IMG/VR virus record: IMGVR_UViG_3300025141_013347
Location: 1-61,706 of that record
Length of the DNA stretch: 61,706 nucleotides
From: a virus
Taxonomy: Duplodnaviria > Caudoviricetes
Strand: one strand, 5' to 3'
In this document: positions 55,519 through 61,706 of the stretch, one piece after another
Position numbering within the stretch: the stretch's first letter is position 1
How the letters are laid out: each line of letters begins with the position of its first letter
The notes under the pieces: model-generated
Told to the model about the DNA's origin: nothing
The model's database searches: none
The model's input: only the letters and a program-made list of their open reading frames with translations
Translations under genes and position numbers: made by a program

Positions 55519-55715
55519 AGACCGGTGACTTGGTATCCTGGCCCCAGGGTTATTGTGACACCCCGGGACTAGTTCTTGACACAAGGCCCACTAAAGGTAG
55601 TAAGACAATCACTGTGTCGATGAACCCGACTGGCATGGCAGTATTGGTAATGCTACCTGAGCTTGAAAATATCCCTGAGTGGTTTCATGAATGTGAATTA
55701 GAAAAATTATCGTAG
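55515..55715 (+). CDS. MKVGD-family protein
   Basis: MKTGDLVS. Confidence 0.8.
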   Translation: MKTGDLVSWPQGYCDTPGLVLDTRPTKGSKTITVSMNPTGMAVLVMLPELENIPEWFHECELEKLS

Positions 55716-55734
55716 TAAGCAACATAGGGAGGGC

Positions 55735-55947
55735 ATGCTGATGAAAAAGGGTGACATGGTTACAACAAACTGCTACGGGCAATCCTATCAAAAAATGATA
55801 GGTGTTATAGTTAACTGCTCTAGGGACTGCTACCCCCAATCATTCGTTACCGAACATATTACATACGATATTATGTGGGCAAACGGAAAATTTGAGAATT
55901 ATGTTTCAGCAAAATATCTTAAGGTCATAAATAATGAAACTATATGA
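55735..55947 (+). CDS. MKVGD-family protein
   Basis: MKKGDMV...LKVINNE. Confidence 0.75.
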   Translation: MLMKKGDMVTTNCYGQSYQKMIGVIVNCSRDCYPQSFVTEHITYDIMWANGKFENYVSAKYLKVINNETI

Positions 55948-57184
55948 AATATTAGAAAATATAAAAAATACACCATCAACTAATGAAAAAAAGAATATTC
56001 TTGAGCAACACACATCAAACATGTTGCTTCAGAAGGCATTAAGCTATGGACTCAATCCATTCACACCATTTAATGTGATCAAAGTACCAAAGGTAACCGA
56101 ACGTGTTCTATGTCATGATGATGAAAATAATAGGTGGGAAGCATTCTTTGAGGTTGCGGATGCATGCCATTTAAGAGAAGTCACCGGTAAATCAGCAATT
56201 GCTGCCCTGTATGGAATACTGGCCGCTGTGCCTCATGACGAAGAGATATGGATGCGAAGAATTCTTAAAAAGCATCTAGCAATTGGAGCATCCGTAAAAA
56301 CTGTCAATAAGGTTTTTGCAAACCTAATACCCACATTTGATATTTCATTGGCACAAAAATTTGAAGAGAAACGTATCGCTGGAAAGAGTGCTGTGGGTGT
56401 TGAGCCAAAGCTTGATGGTATTAGATGCTTTGCTATTGTTGAAAAAGGAACGTCACTTCTTTATGCACGATCCGGAAAATTGATCAGTAATTTTGATGAT
56501 ACAATTGGCAGAGAATTATTATTGTTGGGTGACGGTTGTTATGATGGGGAGATAATGGGTAAAGATTTTATAACCCTAATGCGGCAGGCATATAGAAAAG
56601 AATCAATTGATGTGTCCGACACATATTTTGCCATGTTTGATTTTTTACCTATTCATGAATGGACGGCGCGCCGGTCTGTAATGAGCTGTGCAGATAGGTA
56701 TGCCACGCTTGATGATAAAGTTCAGCTGCATAAACCCAACGAGCGTTACGTAAGACTAGTGCCACGACACATTACTAGCATTGACTATCAAGAGATTAAG
56801 GGGTTGCATGACGAGTTTGTCATGTCTGGAATGGAAGGCGCGATGATTAAAGATCTAGATGCACCATATAAATTTGGCAGGGGATATGAAGTAATGAAGC
56901 TTAAGGCATTTCATGACACTGACCTTAAGATTGAAGGACTCTTAGAGGGCACAGGAAAGCATTCAGGAAAGCTTGGCTCTGTAGTTGTTGATTACCATGG
57001 GGTAAAGGTTAATATTGGTTCTGGGTTCTCTGATGAGCTAAGGAAACTAGTGTGGGAGCAACCACAAAATTTTGTGGGCAGAATGATTGAGGTGAGGTAT
57101 CAAGAAGTGACACCTGATGGGTCTCTTCGTTTTCCCACATTTGTTTGTTTTCGAAATGATAGAGAAGAAGGGTTAAGAGAATGA
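55934..57184 (+). CDS. ATP-dependent DNA ligase (T4 gp30-like)
   Basis: EPKLDGIR motif I, DGEI, FD, EGAMIK, KLK, SLRFP.F..FR.D. Confidence 0.93.
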   Translation: MKLYEILENIKNTPSTNEKKNILEQHTSNMLLQKALSYGLNPFTPFNVIKVPKVTERVLCHDDENNRWEAFFEVADACHLREVTGKSAIAALYGILAAVPHDEEIWMRRILKKHLAIGASVKTVNKVFANLIPTFDISLAQKFEEKRIAGKSAVGVEPKLDGIRCFAIVEKGTSLLYARSGKLISNFDDTIGRELLLLGDGCYDGEIMGKDFITLMRQAYRKESIDVSDTYFAMFDFLPIHEWTARRSVMSCADRYATLDDKVQLHKPNERYVRLVPRHITSIDYQEIKGLHDEFVMSGMEGAMIKDLDAPYKFGRGYEVMKLKAFHDTDLKIEGLLEGTGKHSGKLGSVVVDYHGVKVNIGSGFSDELRKLVWEQPQNFVGRMIEVRYQEVTPDGSLRFPTFVCFRNDREEGLRE

Positions 57185-57372
57185 AAAAGAAAGATCTATT
57201 AGTGAAGGTTTTTTCGTGGCGTCTAGTGTCACTAATTTCGATGCTACTCACGCTGTGGGTGTTGACCGGTGACCTTATCGAGTCAACATCTGTTACAATA
57301 ATTGTGCAGATCATTCAAACCATGGTCCATGGATCATTTGAGTACATATGGGACAAATATAAAAAAACATAA
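57181..57372 (+). CDS. small membrane protein (DUF2061-like)
   Basis: K..SWR...E..W pattern. Confidence 0.7.
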   Translation: MKKKDLLVKVFSWRLVSLISMLLTLWVLTGDLIESTSVTIIVQIIQTMVHGSFEYIWDKYKKT

Positions 57373-57386
57373 ACATGTATAATTTC

Positions 57387-57415
57387 GTGCAAAATATCCG
57401 GCGGCGTGGTATAAT
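57387..57415 (+). promoter_or_regulatory. GTGCAA-N17-TATAAT promoter
   Basis: Family member. Confidence 0.75.
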
Positions 57416-57457
57416 ATAAATGTTGGTTGGGGATACCCCCTGAAATAGGAGCTGACA

Positions 57458-57631
57458 TTGTTTAAGGTTGGAGATCGAGTTAAGGCACTTACCCCCGACG
57501 GCTATCACGCCGGTGTGGTGGTTCGTGTACTCCCTGATTGGTATTGGTCAGTGTGTCAGTATGTGGTTGAGTTCGTTGAACTCGGCCGGCACGAGTTTCC
57601 TGTCGACTCCGGACTTAAGGCGGATATCTAA
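57458..57631 (+). CDS. MKVGD-family protein (not in ORF track)
   Basis: AGGAG SD, TTG start MFKVGDRVK, 57 aa. Confidence 0.7.
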   Translation: MFKVGDRVKALTPDGYHAGVVVRVLPDWYWSVCQYVVEFVELGRHEFPVDSGLKADI

Positions 57632-57978
57632 TGGGCTACGGTTATCGTAATATGAGCGCGGACGAGCTGAAGGGCTTCACCATGGAGATCAACTTCGACG
57701 ATGTGGGTTGCAATCTCACGCTGTTTGCCGGGGATGCCTGGCACTACACCAAGTACAAGATCACCTACGAGGAGCTCAGTAAGTGGCAACTCTCGGGTAA
57801 ATACACGGAGGAGCTTGCATGGTCCCGATCGGAGTTTGTCCGCCAGTTCCTCGAGGACCCCAAACGCGCCGACAGTATGCCTCACAGCGGCGTCCGCGAG
57901 TGGATGAAGTCGGAAGACCAGGGACGCTACAAGCCGAATCCATTTTGTATCTTCCTCTCCAAGTGGCAGGTGTCCTAA
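57631..57978 (+). CDS. hypothetical protein (GC-rich codon usage)
   Basis: TAATG coupling on both sides. Confidence 0.7.
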   Translation: MGYGYRNMSADELKGFTMEINFDDVGCNLTLFAGDAWHYTKYKITYEELSKWQLSGKYTEELAWSRSEFVRQFLEDPKRADSMPHSGVREWMKSEDQGRYKPNPFCIFLSKWQVS

Positions 57979-58136
57979 TGAAAGTCGGTGATATAGTATT
58001 CCATTCCGCTGATAGGAGCGTGGGAATCATTATAGAGGTAATCGACCATATTGAGGTTCCACCGGTCGCCAAGATATTGTGGCAGGATGGCTTTATTGAT
58101 AAAGAGTGGATAGATGAGATTGAGATGGTTGCATGA
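57978..58136 (+). CDS. MKVGD-family protein
   Basis: MKVGDIV. Confidence 0.8.
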   Translation: MKVGDIVFHSADRSVGIIIEVIDHIEVPPVAKILWQDGFIDKEWIDEIEMVA

Positions 58137-58312
58137 AGATCGGTGATGTGGTAAAGCTCGAGGCGTCGATTCGCAAAAATGGACGTTATGCCGGGAAGAT
58201 TGCACTGATCATAGACACTGATCAGTGGGGGGGTTACGTGCTCAATGTTGATGGTGAAGTGAAAAAATTTCATACAACTCAAATTATGGGGATCATTAAT
58301 GAAACCCGGTGA
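58133..58312 (+). CDS. MKVGD-family protein (not in ORF track)
   Basis: MKIGDVVK...IINETR. Confidence 0.75.
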   Translation: MKIGDVVKLEASIRKNGRYAGKIALIIDTDQWGGYVLNVDGEVKKFHTTQIMGIINETR

Positions 58313-58517
58313 CATGGTGAGACTCATCGGATCAATGTGGTCTTCATATGAACGTGAGGGTGAAGTAGGGCTTTTGCTGGAATCCAGTATAATGAATAAT
58401 CGCAGTGGATACCCAAACGCAGAGTTTTCACGGGTCTTCTGGGGTACCGATTCGCCACGTGGAAAAATTAGTATTTGTAAGACTTCACACTTGGAGGTAC
58501 TCAATGAAAATCGGTGA
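58299..58517 (+). CDS. MKVGD-family protein
   Basis: MKPGDMVR...LEVLNENR. Confidence 0.8.
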   Translation: MKPGDMVRLIGSMWSSYEREGEVGLLLESSIMNNRSGYPNAEFSRVFWGTDSPRGKISICKTSHLEVLNENR

Positions 58518-58668
58518 CTTGGTTAAGTTTCGTGGTAACCTTGGGATTGTTATTTGTATCGACCCTGAACAGATAGGCGACCCCCAAGAAGTGGAAGTTT
58601 CTTGGAGCGATGGTGATATTGGGAATATGGACTGTATTTTGTTGGAGGTCGCCAGTGAAAGTCGGTGA
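58504..58668 (+). CDS. MKVGD-family protein
   Basis: MKIGDLVK...LEVASESR. Confidence 0.8.
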   Translation: MKIGDLVKFRGNLGIVICIDPEQIGDPQEVEVSWSDGDIGNMDCILLEVASESR

Positions 58669-58852
58669 TCTTGTTACTACATTGTCTAAAAATTTTCTTG
58701 GTGTTATTGTTGAGTCCCGTGTGACGCCTCGGCGAGCAGACCGAGGGAAAAATACACAATGTCATCTTATCTACTGGGCTCCGCGAGATTCAGTTAGCGT
58801 AGAGATAAATCCGGTATGGGTAATGGAACGAGATCTACTGAGGGCGTTATGA
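58655..58852 (+). CDS. MKVGD-family protein
   Basis: GTG start MKVGDLVT. Confidence 0.8.
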   Translation: MKVGDLVTTLSKNFLGVIVESRVTPRRADRGKNTQCHLIYWAPRDSVSVEINPVWVMERDLLRAL

Positions 58853-59070
58853 AAGTAGGTGATCTTGTTAGGGTAAAGAACCCTACATATCTTGTAACCG
58901 GTGATAATGAAGAACAGGCACGGGAGCTCTATCCATGGAAGTTCGAAGTAGGTGTTGTTATAGATGCCAGGCCGGCCGGTAAATCCTTCGATGGAAAAGA
59001 GGTATATGTGTGTTGGCCAAGTTCGCCACTGAGGACAATCCTAATCCGAGAGCTGGAGGTGATTGGATGA
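58849..59070 (+). CDS. MKVGD-family protein
   Basis: MKVGDLVRV...LEVIG. Confidence 0.8.
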   Translation: MKVGDLVRVKNPTYLVTGDNEEQARELYPWKFEVGVVIDARPAGKSFDGKEVYVCWPSSPLRTILIRELEVIG

Positions 59071-59252
59071 TAAAAGTCGGTGATCTGATCAGCCTGCCAT
59101 ATGAACAGGGATACGCAATTGCTATGAAGGTTGTTAGGCACAGTCAGGATCCGAGCATGCCCACCGGTGATACTGCCGTCATGATCATGGGAGAGTGGGG
59201 CGAGGACTGGTGGGATGCAGATTGTTGTGAGGTACTAAGTGAAAGTAGGTAG
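59067..59252 (+). CDS. MKVGD-family protein
   Basis: MIKVGDLI...CEVLSESR. Confidence 0.8.
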   Translation: MIKVGDLISLPYEQGYAIAMKVVRHSQDPSMPTGDTAVMIMGEWGEDWWDADCCEVLSESR

Positions 59253-59418
59253 CATGGTACTTCCGGATTTTCCGACTAACCGTAAAGATTGGCGCGCCGA
59301 CTGGCCCGATGGGTCTCCTGGAATCGTGCTTGAAGAACATGAGTTCAACGTATACACAATTATGGCAGGAACGTGGGTTGAAGAGGTCAACATTGAATAT
59401 CTCGTGGAGATTGTATGA
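59239..59418 (+). CDS. MKVGD-family protein (not in ORF track)
   Basis: GTG start MKVGSMV...PGIVL, 59 aa. Confidence 0.75.
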   Translation: MKVGSMVLPDFPTNRKDWRADWPDGSPGIVLEEHEFNVYTIMAGTWVEEVNIEYLVEIV

Positions 59419-59621
59419 ATACTAAGATTAAAGTATTTGTACTAGCATCTATTCTTTCATCTTTATCCGGATGTCATAGTATTCGCTACCCTGCAATCGG
59501 TGCTAGCAGCAAATACACAGTCCGGCCAGCAAACTGGCGCGGGCAAAGATGCATATTGACCCTAGATACACATACAGGGAAAAAAATATATGTATGTGGA
59601 CCTGATCGGTTTCGGAGATGA
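59415..59621 (+). CDS. small lipoprotein
   Basis: LSGC lipobox. Confidence 0.65.
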   Translation: MNTKIKVFVLASILSSLSGCHSIRYPAIGASSKYTVRPANWRGQRCILTLDTHTGKKIYVCGPDRFRR

Positions 59622-59651
59622 TCAGCGAAAGTTGGTGGCTGGAAAATAACA

Positions 59652-59876
59652 ATGAAGAAGATTATACTACTAATTGGAATATTTTTTTGGCAAGGTTGTA
59701 GTGTAAAGCCTGAAAAGATCTGTGTGGATTTTGTTGGCTTGAATGAATGCAACGCAAGTAAAGAATGTATGCCATTACCTGCATGGAAACCCAGTGGCAC
59801 AGGAACTTATGATGGAATATTAACATGCATTAGAAAGCGTCCTTATGACATTAAAGACCTGTACCCGCCTAAATGA
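59652..59876 (+). CDS. small Cys-rich lipoprotein
   Basis: MKKIILL...QGC. Confidence 0.65.
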   Translation: MKKIILLIGIFFWQGCSVKPEKICVDFVGLNECNASKECMPLPAWKPSGTGTYDGILTCIRKRPYDIKDLYPPK

Positions 59877-60061
59877 AAGTGGGTGACTTGGTAAGGGTAA
59901 GGCTCAAAGAATCACCTAAACGACTTCATATTGGAATTGTAGTAAGAACCCGGCCTAGGATGTATATGGTTGGAAATGCTGTAGAAGTTATGATTAACGG
60001 GGTGGTTAGAGTCGTAAAAGAAGAGCATATAGAAGTAATTAATAAAAAAGGAGTAAGTTAA
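59873..60061 (+). CDS. MKVGD-family protein
   Basis: MKVGDLVRV...IEVIN. Confidence 0.8.
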   Translation: MKVGDLVRVRLKESPKRLHIGIVVRTRPRMYMVGNAVEVMINGVVRVVKEEHIEVINKKGVS

Positions 60062-60250
60062 ATGAAAGTTCGTGATGTCCTTAAGGCTCTTAAGAGTATG
60101 AATCCGGATGATGATATTGTCCTTAAGCATCTGTATACTAGTCCGGAGGTTGTTATGACGAAGATAAGAGTGTATCCTATAGAGGGCAGGGTTATAATTG
60201 ATGGCTATGAGAAAGAGAAGCATGGGGCTCATAAAGAAAACCAAACGTGA
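60062..60250 (+). CDS. hypothetical protein (MKV.DV...L...NPD)
   Basis: AAGGAG SD. Confidence 0.7.
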   Translation: MKVRDVLKALKSMNPDDDIVLKHLYTSPEVVMTKIRVYPIEGRVIIDGYEKEKHGAHKENQT

Positions 60251-60470
60251 AGTTAACTTCACTAAAAACGAATCAGGTGATATTTTCTTATGCCGCCCTC
60301 CTGGATGGCTAGCAGGCTGGATGCGTCATTTATGGTTTACCCACCTAACAGGCATTAAGCCAAATATAGCTTCACCAAAATATTGGCAAGAGTTAAGCGA
60401 AAAGAATGGTGAGCTTAAGCTTATAGAATATGAGGATGGTTCATACGAGATTAGAGATGAAAGCCGGTGA
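60222..60470 (+). CDS. unrelated cargo ORF ending in the array junction
   Basis: Ends YEIRDESR. Confidence 0.6.
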   Translation: MGLIKKTKREVNFTKNESGDIFLCRPPGWLAGWMRHLWFTHLTGIKPNIASPKYWQELSEKNGELKLIEYEDGSYEIRDESR

Positions 60471-60651
60471 TTTAGTCATCAGGTGCGTAGCTGCTACTCA
60501 AACCCTCCGACCTGATCTCGGCATGGGACTAGTTGCAGATGATAATATCATAAGAAATCGTATCGGTATTATATGGTGTGAGGATAACGGGAGTGTTAGT
60601 TACGAACCGGTTAAATGGTTAAAGGTGGTTAGCAAAATTCCGCGAATATGA
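60457..60651 (+). CDS. MKVGD-family protein
   Basis: MKAGDLVI...LKVVS. Confidence 0.8.
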   Translation: MKAGDLVIRCVAATQTLRPDLGMGLVADDNIIRNRIGIIWCEDNGSVSYEPVKWLKVVSKIPRI

Positions 60652-60784
60652 GACGTAGTACTAATAACTGTAAAGAGGGAGTGTATCTCTTTTTTTTTAT
60701 ATATACACGCATGCTTTAAGTTAGGTATATTTTCATTTTCTATCAATAGTTATTAACGAGCCAAATAAGACGCGGGTGGACTAT

Positions 60785-61279
60785 ATGAAGCTTACAAGGA
60801 AGAAAATTCGAAAAATTATTCGAGAGGCCATTAGCTGGAAAAATCATGTTGATGGCCATCCCTTTCCAGGAACCATGGAAGAGCTGGCAGATATGCATGG
60901 CAAACCATGGGGCGGAGGTGAAGTTGTGGATCCGGATGGTTGGAGTGACAATGTTAATCTTGCAGGGAAATTTACACAGGGCAAAGCACCCTCTATCTTG
61001 ACAAAGAAAAAGAAAAAAGTTAGTGAGATTGCCAAGATCAAACACACAAAACAACGACTAAGAAGAATTGTTAGAGAAACCGTACAAAACAGTTCGCCCG
61101 ATATGGAAGCAGAAGCAAGAGACATACTACAGCACTATAGCATGATATCATATGATGCAGGTGAAATGTACGTTGATGATGTAATTGATCACTGGGTTAG
61201 TATAGGCAATCCAGAGCCAGGTCCAGAAGTTCGTGATGTAATCATTTCCATGAATTATGGTAGTGACATCTTAGGGTAG
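60785..61279 (+). CDS. MKITKRQLRRII-tag family protein (two tag copies)
   Basis: MKLTRKKIRKIIREA; internal TKQRLRRIVRE. Confidence 0.8.
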   Translation: MKLTRKKIRKIIREAISWKNHVDGHPFPGTMEELADMHGKPWGGGEVVDPDGWSDNVNLAGKFTQGKAPSILTKKKKKVSEIAKIKHTKQRLRRIVRETVQNSSPDMEAEARDILQHYSMISYDAGEMYVDDVIDHWVSIGNPEPGPEVRDVIISMNYGSDILG

Positions 61280-61288
61280 GAAAATTAA

Positions 61289-61552
61289 ATGAAGATCACA
61301 AAAAGACAGCTAAGAAGAATCATCCGAGAAGCCATGGAGGAAGTCTCCATGTACGACCAAGGCAGAGAAGATTCATTCGCTGGTATCCGCCCACAGTTTC
61401 CTGATGAAGATTACATGATGGGTTACAACGAGGCACAGGCTGATGCCGGCCTTCCCGCTATGCAGGCACCAAGCGATAGTGGCAGAGGTAAGAAGCTTGA
61501 TCCAAGTAAACTCAAAGGCGCATTCGCCGGCAAACACTACAGAAGTAGATAA
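61289..61552 (+). CDS. MKITKRQLRRII-tag family protein
   Basis: MKITKRQLRRIIREA; Y..G..D / Y..GY. Confidence 0.85.
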   Translation: MKITKRQLRRIIREAMEEVSMYDQGREDSFAGIRPQFPDEDYMMGYNEAQADAGLPAMQAPSDSGRGKKLDPSKLKGAFAGKHYRSR

Positions 61553-61706
61553 ATGAAGATTACTAAACGACAACTTAGAAGAATCATCAAAGAAGAGATC
61601 GAAAAGGTAAAATACAGTGACTATGATAAGTGGGATAGTGATCCAAACCTAGATAAAATAGAGCAATTGCTTGGTACTGAACTAGACCTTAAAGGTTTTA
61701 AGTTTT
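61553..61706 (+). CDS. MKITKRQLRRII-tag family protein (runs off window end)
   Basis: MKITKRQLRRIIKEEI. Confidence 0.8.
   Translation, partial: MKITKRQLRRIIKEEIEKVKYSDYDKWDSDPNLDKIEQLLGTELDLKGFKF

Noticed and set aside
57468-57650. 60-aa ORF MEIELRHL from the track
   Set aside because: The overlapping frame 57458-57631 has a proper SD, the family motif FKVGDRV and TAATG coupling, so it is the better call.
53683-60651. CRISPR array, classical integron or diversity-generating retroelement
   Set aside because: Units are 160-260-bp coding genes with degenerate junctions; no cas gene, integrase, attC palindromes, reverse transcriptase or TR/VR pair is visible in the window.

Overview
This 61.7 kb window reads as part of a large (jumbo-type) dsDNA bacteriophage genome. 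It is densely packed, mostly on the + strand, with many short hypothetical ORFs and six intact tRNAs. Host-like metabolic and stress genes include MgtC, PEP carboxykinase, archaeal-type GAPDH-like, IMPDH/GMPR, cysteine synthase, KamA, TilS, DnaJ, FKBP, Csp and Hsp20. It also carries a GH25 endolysin, an ATP-dependent DNA ligase, a RadA-like ATPase and an AAA/vWA pair. No capsid, terminase or polymerase gene lies in the window, so the phage call is an inference from gene content and layout. A CglF/GltF-like gliding protein and a Cys-repeat/vWA lipoprotein suggest a Myxococcota/Bdellovibrionota-type host. Highlights: (1) a probable selenoprotein gene missed by the ORF track (18787-19128), with an in-frame TGA followed by a bacterial-SECIS-like hairpin; (2) about 18 unrelated proteins sharing an N-terminal MKITKRQLRRIIxE tag, a candidate capsid-targeting/cleavage signal; (3) about 20 small MKVGDLV (KOW/SH3-like) genes chained by a conserved SD+start+stop junction, including an orphan junction copy; (4) a tRNA-shaped RNA whose anticodon loop is replaced by a 113-nt multi-helix domain, next to two other structured RNAs; (5) a four-copy covarying pseudoknot-like intergenic RNA motif; (6) a conserved GTGYAA-N17-TATAAT promoter family. 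All family assignments are by eye from motifs, with no database searches.
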